From the human T2T-CHM13v2.0 reference genome, Homo sapiens: 64,000 nt of DNA. Shown piece by piece: positions 33,085-47,311 of this stretch. Made by a program: the position numbers and the translations under genes. The notes beneath the pieces are model-generated. The model searched no databases. It saw only the letters and a list, made by a program, of their open reading frames with translations, and was not told the origin of the DNA. The stretch lies in the NCBI RefSeq assembly GCF_009914755.1, contig NC_060944.1. One strand, written 5' to 3'. The first letter of the stretch is position 1. The number at the start of each line of letters is the position of its first letter.

Positions 33085-34282
33085 AAATAACTGTTGGTAC
33101 CTTCATAGAGTGGGAAGCTTTTTGTGTATTCAAGATGAGCCTGTATATTTCCATTTATTGAAATATAAATATGGCCATGAAAATTATGAAAAAATGTTGC
33201 TGGTTATAAATCAGAAGTAGCAAAACAAAGCCAGACTAAGCAGTGGTTGAAACAGTTAAGGTATCTGATTGTATCCAAATATTAACTGTCTCCAAAATTG
33301 CTCTAAATGGTGTATCATCTTTTTCAAAGTAATTAGTAACTACCAAATATTTATATGTAGTTGTTTTAGTAAGGAGACTTTTAAAAATAACTTCTATTTC
33401 TGGAGTTCTTAGTATATGCCAGGTATTGTACTAAGTGGTTTATTTCACTTCTCTTTTTAAAAAGGAAAGCTTTTTATTAGTACCAAAGCAGGACATGTAA
33501 ATTGTACAAAATTATAAATATGTATAATCAAGCATTTACATTATTAAGATGTTCCCACTTCCCAGGGGACCCCATTTCGCAACACATTGGTGCATATCCT
33601 TCCAGATCTTTCTCTGTGTGTATACTTTTATACATATATGTAGTAAATGAGATCGTGGTGATTTTAATGTGCTTTTTTTCAATTCACAATCTGCATCTTT
33701 CTGCTATAGTATACTTTTATATCATCCGACCAATATTCAGACCATATGCAAGCTTTCCCAAATGATCCAACAATGTCACTTGGTTTATCTTCCAAAAAGA
33801 GAGAGAGAGAACACGAAAGAGAAAGAGAAAAGACACACAGAGAGAGAGACAGAGAGAACAGGAAAAAATAAACCTAATTCATCACCATTTGAAACAGCTA
33901 TTTGGAAAATGGTAATTAAAGGGGAAGAATCAAACAGTTATACTGTCTTTCCTTTAGGAACTGAATTTTAGGGTGACTGGAAAGCTCCTTAATGAAAGAA
34001 AACCCTGTTTTACCTGTGTGCCCTTTGACTTGAATCTCTTGCATACCTTAGGAGCTCAACAAATGTGTGTTGATTATGGATGAATGCGGACCACTTGGTA
34101 GGAAGTAGCCATGAGTAACTCACATCCTGAGTGATAGCCTTGGAAAAATAGAACTAGGAATCACGGCCAGGTCAGCCTGTGAAGAACCAAACTGCCCATC
34201 TCTTATTGGCCTACACTTAAGAAACAGTTCATATTTTAAGTATTAGGTTTGCTTCATCTACAGACGATAGCATTTGAGAGAC

Positions 34283-34720
34283 TGTATGAGTAAGAACTGT
34301 TGGCTGGAAGCAACAAAAACTGCTTCTGATTAACTTAAGTCTGAGTGGGATTTATCAGAAGGGTTTTGGGCAGTTTACAGAAGACATGGGGGATCCAGAG
34401 AGTGAAAGGTGCAGCCACAGGCACTGTCTGACCATGAGGACCCAGTCACCTGAAACACTCTGTTCCTTCCACAGCAGGCATCTCCACCATACCCTGCCTG
34501 GCATCCTCTATTCCACTCCAGTCACACTGAGAAACCTTCAACAGATCATAGTCCTTTGTGTCATTCCTTTTATGTTCAAAATCCTGGGTGTGAATGTCTG
34601 ATTGGCCATGTTTATGTTGTGAACCCATATTTAGTTGCCAGGAGGCATGGAAAAAGAAATATCTCCCCAATTTCCATAGCCAAAAGTTGGGCTACCTCCC
34701 ACTCTTCCTTGGATGAACCT
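34283..34720 (-). mobile_element. Ancient MLT1 (K/L-like) LTR
   Basis: tgtatgagtaagaactgttggctggaagcaacaaaaac...tctgattggcc. Confidence 0.5.
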
Positions 34721-34864
34721 GTAGTGGAAAAGGAGTTCGGATGAACTCTGTGCAGTGGAAATGACAGCTGCCCACTCTAGAGACCAGTGCTCAGAAATAG
34801 TAGATATATGATTAAATGTCCCCAGTATTACAATGAACCCACATTTTCTCCTCTGCTCCTGGCC

Positions 34865-34985
34865 CTGGTTCCATTGTCTTGATTGTATAGATAGGAAGCT
34901 GAGCCTCAAAGAGGGTGAGCAGAGTCCCAGATCCCTCAGCAATTAGTAGTAGAGGTGGGATTTGAACCCAGATTGTTAGAGCTTT
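34865..34985 (-). mobile_element. MIR SINE fragment
   Basis: gataggaagctgagcctcaaagagggtgag...agaggtgggatttgaacccaga. Confidence 0.75.
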
Positions 34986-35654
34986 TCCCATTGCACTGCA
35001 AAATGGTAATGGCTGTAGCCAGGAAGTCAAAGAGGGAAGAGGGTTTGCCAGAGATATACTCTAGGGTTCTGTGCAAAGCCTGGGAGACAGAAAAACTGTG
35101 ATCACCCTTAGCATGCCTGGACTCAAAAGCCATTGAGCTTTGGAGCAGGATGGGACAGAAGTTTCTTTTTCAGAAGAGGGGAAAGTATAAGAGAATGTTT
35201 ATTAACTGCCCCATATAGACAAGGCTTGGCAAGATCTTCTTGAAGCAGTCCTGAACAGCTCCCTCCACAGCCCACCCAATCCTCCTGGAGCTCTCTCCCT
35301 CGACACTTCAGAGGGGGGTGGGGACCTCCACTAGCCCCTTCATGCCAGGAAGTCCTGCTTCTTCTGACTTAGCTGTAAGCTCAGCGGGTTTGAATGCAAG
35401 TCCTTCTCCATCTCCTCTTTTCTCCTCCTCAGTGCAGTCAGCATAGCCTGGCACGTGGAGGGGACCATCCCCTTTGCTGACTTACAACTGGATTTCAAAA
35501 TCAAGGTAAAGGTCAAGGAATGGCTGTAAAGCCACTTTCATGTAATCTTGCTAGCTTTTCTTGAACCATTTTGGGCAGAAGGCCTTACCTGTAAAGTGCA
35601 CGAGGTCAGAGTGATGCACTTTTGAAACAGAGAGAAGAGGAGCTGGCTGTCCTA

Positions 35655-35810
35655 CAGACCTGGGTTTCAGAGCTGTGCAGGAGACCCTGGGCAAACTACT
35701 TTCCTCCCCAAGCCTGTTTTCTCATTAGTAAAATGTGGATAAACATAGTACCATCCCCATGGGTTTGTGGTGGGGCACAGTGCTTGGCATTTGTATGACT
35801 GCTTCATGAA
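35655..35810 (+). mobile_element. MIR SINE fragment
   Basis: accctgggcaaactactttcctccccaagcctgttttctcattagtaaaatgtggata. Confidence 0.7.
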
Positions 35811-36719
35811 ACGTCTGTATTTAACAGAGGGAAAGAGTTATTTAAAGCTAAAACTAGCTTTAGCCTTTTAAGGGAAGAGGCAGGGGAAGGCAGAAATACC
35901 TGCACTGGTGGACACATAAATTTCTACACTGCTCTCTTGTACTCATGGAGGGTCCAGGGATGTGGGTGGGGGAGGAACAGCTGGAATTTCAAGTCTCTGT
36001 CAGGTCTTCTGAGTGGCTCAGGACCTGCAGCGGATGGCTCTTTGTTTAGAGGACACTTTGAACATCTGTATGTGAAAACATATGTTTGGAGCCAAGTAGA
36101 AGGTGGGGAGTTGTTACTGTTCATAATGAAGAATGGGTAAGAGCTGGCAAGAGAGTAAATAGCCAATGATGAGGGGTTTCACCTGCAGAGAAAAGCACAG
36201 AGAGAAATTCTCAGTGGCAGGGTGACCCAAACACTCAGGAGAACAAGAATGTCTGATATTCATTTTTAAGTCGTTTGTGTTGCCGTGACATAAATAGCCC
36301 CATCCAAACCTTCAGCAAAGTGTGCTCTTGACATTGATGTTTTGTGTGGGCAAATTAGGGGAAATCAAGAAAAAGAGGCTGGATTTCATGTCAGACTGGA
36401 GTGGAGAGAAGAAAAAAGCCATTGCAAGTGGCACACAAGTGAGGTCAGGACTTGGTGGAGGTGACCCGGGAAGCAATGCCAGGGAATTGCAGAATGCTCA
36501 TAGAAGAAGGGCATTGGACTTTCTGCAGGAGGAGAGATGCTGATTCAAGCCAGTTTTACTTAAATCTCAAAGACAGAATGACTTCAGTCAATATCTGAGT
36601 TCCATACATGCGGTTGAGAAATCACATCATGGAAGAAATAGAGAGGCAGAATTGGTGATTGCAGCTGGAAAGAGGAAACATTTAATTTTTTAATATTAAA
36701 AATATCTAGAGTATGAGGG

Positions 36720-37103
36720 AGTATAGTATTCATTGGGGCTGTTTGCAAATGTTCCATGTCTTTCTCCTTCCAAGCACAGGGCAAAATTGCATTTCCCTAT
36801 ATGTCTGAAGTTTGATGTGGTCATTGATAAGCCTTGGCCTGTGAAAGTGAGTGGAGGGTTCCTTCCAGGCAGGAGCTGAGTCAGTACAGGCCTTGAGCCT
36901 CTCTCTTTACCCTCTGCCTTGGTGACTGGCAATGGCTTAGAAAGTGACTGCTTTGTCACCCTGAGTCCTCATTGAGGACAACATCAATAAGCCTTAAATA
37001 AAAGTTTTTTTTTGGTTTGTTTTTAAAGCAACGGAAATTTGGGGATGGGGGATTGCTATTGCTATATAACCTAAGCCCATCCTAAGCCCATCCTGAATGA
37101 TAC
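36720..37103 (+). mobile_element. MLT1H/I-like LTR
   Basis: Ends attgctatataacctaagcccatcctaagcccatcctgaatgataca (contains an 11-bp tandem duplication). Confidence 0.65.
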
Positions 37104-38287
37104 AGGAATTTGTGCAAAACCTTCCTTTATTAAGGAGGAACCTGAGACTTAGGAGCAGTGGCCAGCCTTGGCTCACTGAGGGACTGTGCAGAAAATCTTC
37201 AACTAGGACCCAGCTCTCCTGTTTCCCAGCAAGCAGCCACCTCAACCTTGAATGTTCTACCTGCTGGGAGAGTGATGCAGTGATGCTGAGCCATCTACAT
37301 GCAGGCACCAATGAGAACAAGCTCCAGACAGACAGCCCAAGCCACTTATGGGAAAATTCCTTAGAGTTCTCCCTCTGCCTCACCTGCCTCCAGCTTGGAG
37401 GGTAGTCCACTCATTTGCGCTTGATCTCTCAACCCCCAGTCCACCTGTCCTGAGTGTGCATGTTGCTTCTCTGATGATGGCATTTGTCAATCCTATTTGA
37501 CATCATTCTGCCTTTGCCCTTTGTCCTCTTTGCGTTTCTGATTAATCTGGGCAATGGCCATCAAATAAGCCATATAGAGCCAAAATAACACTATATAACA
37601 AGAACCCTAAAACCTCACTGGTATTCCACAATAAGTGCTTAATATTCGAGCTGTCTTTCATCATCTTCCTGGGAGCAGTGGCCCAACCCAGGAATCTCAT
37701 TCTCCTGGTGGTGGCAAAGGTACCAGAGAACAAACAGAAACAAGTCTGATTGTCTCCTGCCGTGCAGGCTTGTTGGTAGGACTCTCAGAGTCCCAGGTGG
37801 TATTATCCAGTGCATATAAACAGCCAAAGACAAGCTGAATAAGTATGTTGGATGGCAAAGCCTTTGTAAAAGATTTATCGGCCCCTGCAGAAACAGCTTT
37901 TAAATCACCCAAGACCTGTAATTGCATTGGGTGTACGAGTAAATGCATCTAGCTAGCACCTGTGAGTCCAAGTTCACCCTTTGCCACTTCTTACCGGCAG
38001 AGTATCCATTCCTTATTTATTGAGTACCTAATAGGGATTGTACACTATACCAGGCCCTGGAGACACAAGGAAAATACAAACAACATTCTTCTCTTAAAGA
38101 TCTATGAGGTCTACAGTTGGGTAGAAATGTATGGTGTGGTTAAGAGTAAGGGCACAGAGAGAAAAGACTTTCTAGTACTGCAGAGGGGGCATAAAGGGAG
38201 GGTTGGATAACAAACTAAGCTTTGAAGTTGCATAGAAATGGATGTGATAGAGACAGAATGAGCATTCAGACAAAGGCAATTTCATGG

Positions 38288-38701
38288 TGGCTTAGTTTGT
38301 GCTGCTGTAACAAAAATATCATAGACTGGTGGCTAAACAACAAGTTATTTCTCATAGTTCTGGAGGCTGGGAAGTCCAAGACCAAGGCACTGGAAAATCT
38401 GGTGTCTGGTGAGCACCTGCTTTTTGGTTTGCAGAAGGCTGCCCTCTTGTATCCTCCCATGGCGTGCACACACACATGCAGAGAGAGAGGGGGAGAGAAT
38501 GAGAGAGAATGAAAGGAGAGAAAGAGAGAGAAAGTAAGCTCTCTCCTGTCTCTTTTTTATAATGGCACTAATCTCATCATGAGGGCTCCACTTTTATGAC
38601 CTAATTACCTGTCAAAGGTCCCACCTCCAAACACTGTCACACTGGGGATTAGGGTTTCAACATATGAATTTTGGGGGGACACAAACATTCAGTCCCTAGC
38701 A
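38288..38701 (-). mobile_element. MLT1A-like LTR
   Basis: tttctcatagttctggaggctgggaagtccaag...acaaacattcagtccctagca. Confidence 0.88.
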
Positions 38702-38719
38702 CTCGGGAAAAGGCAGGAA

Positions 38720-40180
38720 GAAAGGAGCATGGATATGATGTGTGTTTGCGCATAAGGTGGATGAGGAGTGAGTAGGTGGCATGCAATTCTAGCAGGGTAG
38801 GTTTGGGTCTGGTGTTCTAGGACCTGACATGCCAATGTAAGGACTTAGGACTTTATCCAGTGAACATTTGGAATCACTGAAGAGTTTTAATTGGGGGAGA
38901 AAGAGCATTCAATGTTTGTTTTTGAAGACACCCTTCATGTAATGTGGAGTATGCATTAGAGAAAATGACATCGGTTTGGGGACAGCTGTAAAGTGTCTAA
39001 GACAGAGACAGCAAGGCTCTGAGGGGTGGACAACAGTACAGCATGGGGAGGACACAGCCAGAGGAGACTTAGTTTTCTAAGTTGGGTGCCTTAATAGGAA
39101 GCACTGTCTTTAACTAGGAAAGAGAATGTGGAAAGAAGAGGGGCAAGGTTAATATGGGTTTGAAATGCCTGAAGGTTGCGTGGGTGGCAAGGCTTAAGAG
39201 CTTTGGAGCTGTGACTCATGAGTGCGGAAAGAGGTGGCTGGAGATTGGGAGCTGATTAATTTCCTCAAGGAGAGAGTGCAAGTTGAAAGAACATGAGAAA
39301 GAGTAGTCAAAGTGGTAGCAAGGGAAGAGGGAGAGAGTGGTGTTGAGAAAGCTAAAAAGGAATTTTGCAAACAGAATAAGGCTGGATAGATCAGCCAACC
39401 GTATACAGTTTTGAAGGTTGTGTACAGCACAAATTTAGAACAAACTATTTCCAATATAGATTATGTGAATGAAGCCTTCTGGAATTGTGCAGCATGTGGC
39501 CAATATGGCTGTAAATGTCAGACCTGGCCACAAGGCTGGTTGGAAGACACCACTGGATTTGATGTCCAGACTTTACCTTATACCAATTAAATCAAGAATT
39601 CCAGGAATGGGAAGATAAAATGTAGGTATCAGTTTTGTTTTTGTTTGTTTGTTTGAAAGGAGTCACTTAGGGGATACTTAAAAGCTTCCCAGGTGATTCC
39701 CATGTTAAGACAGGGTGGAGAACCACAGTGTCCTGCCCTCTCTCCATCATCTCAGTCCTGCATCCTAGCAGCTAAGCATTGCTTAACAGGCCAGCTTCAA
39801 GTCAATTTCATGCTTACCTACCACAAATGAACATTCAACACTGCTCGGGAGTCGAACCATGTTACTCCAAGGGCTACCTTCCCATGATACAAGATGACCA
39901 CTTTCTAGCTCCTTCTCAGTCCTCAAAATACATCCACCAATTCCCATTCGGCTTATAATCTCATCTCAAATGTCACCAAGAAAACCCACACCGTTAGCAT
40001 GAAACTGCCTAGTCTTCACACCACCAAATCTACAATCTTACCAGAATCTCTAACCATCTTCTCAGTGCTTGCACCGTCTCAGGCCATGCCCCTTCATGTA
40101 CTCTAGACTCCACACCCACTCTATTCTGCATCTGTAGCCCTCTTTTTAATTATGATATTCTCATTTGCACCCAGGCAACC
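38720..40180. mobile_element. L2 LINE fragments (both orientations) with a MER5-type piece at ~39570-39727
   Basis: aaggacttaggactttatcc...tcactgaagagttttaattgggg (L2-type); aaaagcttcccaggtgattcc (MER5). Confidence 0.55.
39392..39526. mobile_element. MER91A-like palindromic hAT MITE
   Basis: tatacagttttgaaggttgtgtacagcacaa...tgtgaatgaagccttctggaattgtgcag matches the recalled MER91 layout. Confidence 0.6.
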
Positions 40181-40204
40181 CTAATATCTCACTGTCGAGG
40201 GTAC

Positions 40205-40805
40205 AGGCTGTTGTGGCTATCCGTACCTGGGTGTCACACCACTCCAAAATTTAATGACTTAAACAACAACCATTTTGTTGCTCAACAATGTGAACAGCTC
40301 AGTAGGGATGGCTTGTGTCTGCTACTCATGATATTGACTGGCACTATTCAACTGGGGCTGGAGAGTCCAAGATGGTGTCATTCACATGTCTGGCACCTCA
40401 GCTGGGGAGGCTCCATCACCTGGGGCTTGGCTGGGGTTGTTGGGCTTCTTTTCTTCTCATGGGCTCCCTCCTGTATCTGGGCCCTAGTTCTCCTCCACAT
40501 GTCCTCTGTTTCCATGTGTTGTCTCATCTATCAAGACCTCTCTCCACTTGACCTCTCTCTCCAACAGTACAGTGTGGACTCTGCACATGGTGAATTTTCC
40601 TCTGAGCAAAATCAGGAGTTACAAGACACCTTCAGGGCTGGACTTAGGAATCTCAAATTTTCATTTATGACAAATGTGTCTTCTGGTCAGAGCAAGTCAC
40701 AAGAGCAGTCCAGATTCAAAGGGAAAGGTCCACCTCTGGATAGGAGGAGTAGCACTCATGTCCGTGGGAAAATGTTTGGTGGCCTTGCATGCACATTGAT
40801 ACTAC
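40205..40805 (-). mobile_element. MLT1G/H-like LTR
   Basis: ctggggctggagagtccaagatggtgtcattcacatgtctggc...ccagattcaaagggaaagg. Confidence 0.75.
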
Positions 40806-41418
40806 CTTGACTCTCCATATCAGAGTTCTGTGTAAGGGGGGAGTATTGCAGGAGTCAGACAAATGAAGATCGAGGTACAGAACAAGTTTTGTTGGAAGTA
40901 AAGCTAAATTGGTTTAGGCAACAATGGGCTTAACATAAACTTGTTTTAGGCAACAGTGAGCGTCCTTCTTCTTTGACCCTGAGTTGGATTTACTCACTTG
41001 TTTAAATGTACAACCTCAGACCTTCCTAGCCTTAGGGGCAGAGCCTTCCTGGGAGAGTTCACCCAACAAAGGAGGATGGAGCAGGGCAGACACTAGGGGC
41101 AGAGGGTAGGTGCGAGCCACCTGAGTTCATTCGTCCTTCTAGCCTCACAACCCACTCAGTCCTTCCTGATCCCATGGAAGAAAGGAGTAGGGATGAAGAG
41201 GAGAGCAGAAGACTGCTTCCCAAGAATGTGCTGGTCTTTCCACATCTTAAGAACCTGACTTGGTGTGAAGGCAGAACAGCAGGGGAAGATGGTGCTCTCG
41301 AATACACTGGAGTCTGTCCACTTACATACCAGGTCTCAACTATGGTCAGCCAAGGGTGTAATCACCTCCTAAGGGGAAGAGATCTGTAATTCTTAGGGGG
41401 CACTCACTGGCATAGTAA

Positions 41419-41829
41419 TGTAGCCTCACCCCAAGACCAATCAACTATTTCATCATTCTGAGATCAAGGGTATAATCTAGTTTTCTTTTAAAAAATTCTT
41501 TTTATAAAGCTGTCTTGACCAAGTCAGGGCCAGGTACCAGACAACTAGGGAGAACCTGTATGCCCCAGAGCCCACAAAATTGTTCAAATAAGCCAACCCA
41601 CAGACAGCCTGCAAACTCTAGCTAACCTCACCCTCACTTATATACAGGCAGCCCCTACATCTTTAGATTGCTGTTACCTTGCTCCCCGGGCACAACCCCC
41701 TGTGTGTGGCTGTGACTGGCAGCGTTCTCTTATTTGGAGCTGTGCGTTACCAGAGTTTTGCCATTCATCTGGGCAAGTGTCATTGTATTGTGTCTCGTCA
41801 GCAGAAGAACCCTAAAATCTTATAAAACA
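41419..41829 (+). mobile_element. ERVL solo LTR (MER54/MER74/LTR53-like)
   Basis: tgtagcctcaccccaag...gccaggtaccagacaactaggga...aaatcttataaaaca. Confidence 0.6.
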
Positions 41830-42671
41830 CAGGGTGGGCCATCTAGCTCTTTCCCTGAAAGCTCTGAAATAGATCAGCACTGTACATTAACTAAACCAAC
41901 TCTGAGACTTACATCCTGTGCTGACAATTCACTCTGTTCTGTTCCCATCTCCAATGATGGCCTGTTGCACAAAATGGCTCAGCTTAGGGCATGTAATGAG
42001 CTCCAATGATAGATTTTAATAACTCTATTATCATAATAGTGGTGATATAAAACTGTCCCAAACTTGAAAAATAGCATTTAGCCTCCCACTATCAAATATT
42101 CAAATACCTGCTTGTAAATCTAGTCCAAGATACAGAAAATAAAAATTGTTAAGAAGTCCATGAAAATTAAAATCTCCAAATCACTCTTGCCAATGTTAAC
42201 TCTACTGTCACAACAAAGAGATGTCATTCATATGCCTAAGAATATAAGGAGAGAGTCTACATCCCTTTGGCAGCCACAGTTAGAGTGTTGTTACTTCAGA
42301 ACATCCAAGCTGAATTCATCTAACCCAAAGTCTAGTGCCTCATGTTTTACAGAGAAGAGAGTTAAGAGGACACATAAGACTTTCACAGCTCTGATGCACA
42401 CCCATGGAATTCAGAAATACAAGAAAAAGAAAAAGGCTGCAAAGCAACTATTCCAAGAAAAAGTTGTTATTTGCATTAAACCAAACGTATATGACCATTG
42501 CTGAGATGTAGCATGGTCTGAGAGAGGGTAAAAAGCTCATATTGGTTTCAGCTTCATTGTGATGCCAGCCTCAAGCTATGCTAGTTGTCCAGTGTCATGA
42601 GAACAAAACTCAAGTAGGAGAAATTTCCCATCAAGAGGCTAACTAGAGGACTTGTTTTCCAAATGTGGTTG

Positions 42672-43120
42672 ATGCTGTTGGCACCCTCTCGGCATGCTCT
42701 CGGCCCTCACTCTGCCTGTGACGTTGATGGCTTCCTCCTGCGAACACTCGAGACTCCAGCTGAAGGCTTTCCCTGAGTGTGGGAAGAGGTGTAGGACTGG
42801 CCAGAAGTGCTCATGAGTTAAGGACCCAGGAGCAGCCCCCTCTATGAAATGATGGACAGGAGGAGTGCTGGATAAGCACCCCAGCTTCCTCGCTGCTTAA
42901 GTGGCACAAATCCAAGGTGCATTGCACCACAGTCTCTCAGAGGGTCTCCAACAGGACTGGGTCTCAGTTGCCCATGCAATGCCCTTTGTTGACTTTCCTT
43001 CCTTTCCTGCCCCACTTCCTCACTCTACTGTTAGTGCTTCTTTGGACTATCTCCCAAATAATCTTCCTCCACCAAAATCTTTGTCTCAGGTTCAACATCT
43101 GGAGGACTCTGACTTGAAAC
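42672..43120 (+). mobile_element. LTR16 (C-like) ERVL LTR
   Basis: ggataagcaccccagcttcctc...ctcccaaataatc...tttgtctcagg. Confidence 0.8.
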
Positions 43121-43312
43121 CCCATACCTGTGGGAAAAAATCCATGCTACACCCTCTTTTCTCTCTCATAGAGTGGCTTTTTAGATACTTTGATTTTTCA
43201 GCTGAAGTTTTAAATATATAGTATTGACATAGCCAGTTACCAAGTGTTGACTGAGGTGTTCCTCTTTAATACCTTGTGGGTATAAAACTTCTTTTCCAAA
43301 TTCCCTCTCGAT

Positions 43313-43624
<312 letters not shown>

Positions 43625-44054
43625 TGAACCCAGAGATAAACTGAGTTTAAGCAGAGCCTCCAACACCTCTCGTGAGTATTCATATTGATTTTCTCAAGCT
43701 CATGAAGCTCATTAAATCCTGAGGTGCCAGGGACCTGGTGAGGACCATCACTCTATCATTTGCCTTTTCCCCAGAGCCTGGAATGTGTGCCACTTGGGTG
43801 GCAGCTACGAATCTTTCTGCTGCCACTTGGTTCTCTGCAGCACTCTCTGTGTCATGTGAACCTCCAGTGTTCATTTCCCTGTCTTTTATCAGGGAGTTTT
43901 GGGTATGTTTTTAGCATTTTGACCTGTTTCTTAAGTGGATCCCCTGTCCTTTTACTCTACATATAGGGTCACCAATGTTCGATGGGCATAAATGCCTTTT
44001 TCCTCTTATTTCCTCCCAGCCTGTTTCTCTGAGACCCAGATTTACCTAAGTACA

Positions 44055-44643
44055 CCTCAGGATTCTGTCTGGCAGAGTCTCCCATCATGAGAGAGAGGAG
44101 CAGAGTCATTAATGGCGGTTATGGTTAGGGAATATAGTTGTGTGTGTGTGTGTATATGTGTGTGCGTGTATGTGTAAGAATTAAATCTTAAATAATTATG
44201 AGAATCAAAGATCCAGAGGGAAGTTGAAGAATCAGAGAGGGAGTCCCTAGCCAGCCAATTTGAGAAGCCAAGCACGTCTAGCTTGTGAAGCAGAACTGTG
44301 AAGAGGAAGCTCGTGGGAGGTCTCTGGGAAGCCCCCACCTCTGTGGTACACAAGCATCTGGGGTGAGCCCGAGGGGGCTGTTGGTCAGCAGAACCAGTAA
44401 TTAGACCAAATAGCTGGAAGCTGAGTGGGGAGGGTGAGAACAATCTGGATCCTCTGGCACCTGTATGTCTAGTTGCCACCATGTGACCAGGACCTTCAGA
44501 GAGCAATGGCCATTGCTAACTGCCACTGTCTAATTGTATGCAGAGTTTTTTCTGGCATCCTCTCAACTAGAACCGTAAAGGGAGGGTATTATGGGAGACA
44601 AAGCTCCCCGTTTAACCAAGTTGACCCAGTACAAACTACCACA
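44055..44643. mobile_element. Ancient LTR (LTR78/79-like) with (TG)n at 44139-44175
   Basis: Ends tttaaccaagttgacccagtacaaactaccaca; family uncertain. Confidence 0.45.
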
Positions 44644-46649
44644 GAGATATAAAGTAAATTGTTCAAGTAAGTCTTGTCTATATTCTCCCCCATGAATTAG
44701 ATAAGCCCATCTATATGATCAACATTTTACTACTATTGCTCAGCCTGGCTCCCCTGGGCATGTCTCGCCTCCCCTTTGCCTTCCTTTGTGTCCTGATTCC
44801 CTAAATATTCCAGGCATATTTCCAAGGGCACATGCCCTGAGGCTCACCTAGTGATGTGTTCCATGCATTCTTGTTAGGGACCTTCCAAATCTGTCCATAC
44901 CATCTCTAAGCACTGAGAAAGGGCTACTTCCCATGTAGTTTAGTAAAGATTCTCTATCTGCTACTTTAAAAAGCTGAGGCTCCTCAATTGTTTCTTGAAT
45001 CTGGGTCCCCTCTGGGAAAGTTATACCACTGAACTCCCTGAAACTATGTTTTTCCTCTGTTAGATTTCTTGGGGTCTCAACCTTCCTGATATAGGAAGAA
45101 AAAAAAGATAGTTTCCTCTTCAAGAGGCCACAGTGAGCTAAGAGCAGGTGTACAACTGGAGCACGCAGCCACAATATAGGCTGCTCCTGCACCTGCCAAA
45201 GTCTAAAGGATTGTTAGGTTTGGTCTTGGGCTGAGCCCAAAGCCTGTCTCTTTGGCCCCAAATACTTGTCCTTGTACCCATTTCTCAAGGTTTCAGGCCT
45301 TTGCATCAATATGTTGGGGGTTTAAGGTAACAATAAATCATGTCTTTTCCCCCCATTTCTTTCTGAGTATGAAACCAACTGGGAGACAACCACAGGATTC
45401 AAAGAGAACTTAAAATATCAGCTTGATTATTACAGTTATGCTTGAGGATGATGACTTGACCAATTAGGCTTCCTAATACTTCATCCTCATGATAGGCAGG
45501 GCTCTTAAGGCTCCCCTTGCTCAGGGCAGAGCTGGCTCTTTAGGTGGACCAGGTGGAGGAGAGGAGTCCTACAGACCCATAACCTGGGCAGGGATCCTCA
45601 TGAGAGAGCAACCAGGAGCTGCTGGGCCTCACTTGCCCTGTCCATGCTCACAAACCTATCAACCCCATAAGCCATTTTCCTCCTGGGAATGAAAGGCAGG
45701 GAGATAAGAAACATTCTTCAGGTACATTTCTCTCTTGGGGAGAAGAGTTAAAAATTGTCTTCCTCTATGGGAGTCTGAGGTGTGGAGGAAGAAATGACCC
45801 CATCTGCTCCCACCTCCTAAAAGCCAGCTCCTTTCTTAGTGCCCCTGCACTGCTGATGGCAGTGCAAATGTGTAGAGTCATCAGGGAAGGTGGTTGGTAG
45901 TTAGGACTGAGGCTGAGGACACTATGACCCAGCAGTTTCACTCTTGGGGCTACATTGCAAGTGAATTCTCTCGTGGTCCATGAGAGGACATACACAGAGA
46001 TGTCCACCACAGCAGCTGGAGGCAGCCTTGAGTCCCAGAGGAATGGAAAGGAAGTGCAGTGGACCCTCACTACTGAATACTACACAGCTCTCAGAGCAAT
46101 GAGCCCGAGGCATGTATAACCACGAGAAAAGAGCTTCTCAAAAAAAGTGTTGAGTGAAGAAAGAGAGAACTAGAACAAGGTCTGTTGCACAATGCCATTT
46201 ATGTAAATTAAAAGGACAGATACACAAAGAGTAAGCGTTTCATTTTTGCAAAAAGGCACACATGCACACTCAAGGACATGAGTCAAAAACACGAGCACGA
46301 GAGCCTGTGGGGGTCAGAGGTCAAAAGGAAAGCACAAGAAATAGGCCTTGCACAAAACGATGATGAAAGTGTGCCATGAACTAGGACTCCGGCCAGCTCA
46401 ACCCTTGGCTCCTGAGGTTAAAAAATACCCTTTCCTCAACCCCATCAGTTCCGGCTTTTCCTCCTTTTCCCCTGAACATTCTAGGGGCCTTCAGTGTATG
46501 GCACCCCTTTCTTGCCCCTCTCTCACTCATGTCCCTCTTTGGCTGGTTTTCCATGTCAGTGGTCCCCCCAAACTGCTTTTCCAGAAGTCACCAATGACTT
46601 CCACATGGCCAGATTCATCGGGCATTTTTTATTTATGTTCTTCTTCATT

Positions 46650-47150
46650 CTAAAAATTAAGGTTAAATGAACTCACTTTCTTAAGGGTACAGTTCTGTTT
46701 TGACAAACGCTACCACCATTGTAATCAAGATATAAAATGGTTCTACATCCCCCCAAATTTTTCATGGCACCCTTTTTTTATTCCCTCTCCCCATCCACCC
46801 CTGGCAATAGTGAATCTGCTTTCTGTTCCTGTAGTTTCATCTTCTGGAGAATGTCACATAATGGGATCATACATTTTCAAGTGTATGATTTTGATCCAGA
46901 TTGTGTGTGTATCAGTAGCTTGTTCTCTTTATTACTAAGTAGGATTTTATTGTATGGAATGACCACAGTTTGTTTATCTACTCACCTGTTGAAGGGCATT
47001 TGGGTTGTCTCCAGGTTTGGGTGATTACAAATATACCTGCTAGAAACATTCGCATGCAGGTGGCCATAGGTTTTCATTTCTCCACGTAGAGACCAAGGAA
47101 TGGGATTGTGGATTATAAGGCAGTTGTGTGTTTATCTTGTAAGAAACTGT
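46650..47150 (-). mobile_element. L1MC/ME 3' fragment
   Basis: cacagtttgtttatctactcacctgttgaagggcatttgggttgtctccaggtttgggtgattacaaat. Confidence 0.75.
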
Positions 47151-47311
47151 AATGGACATTTTAGAGTTCTCATTTTGCTGGAATTTTCAGCATCTTGTAC
47201 CATGGTTGACCTCCCCTTTCTGTGAGGTTACTTTTTCCAGTTTCTTTACTGTTCCCCCTGCCCCGCTCCCCCAGCTCCCAGCCAGACTGGGATGCTTCCT
47301 CGGCTCAGTCC

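Noticed and set aside
40211-40810. 199-aa ORF
   Set aside because: Lies within an MLT1 LTR, starts at a non-ATG codon and has no domain similarity.
43786-43830. Small gtggcagc/gctgccac hairpin and a CTCF-like string
   Set aside because: An 8-bp stem is expected by chance, and the spacing does not fit the CTCF core.
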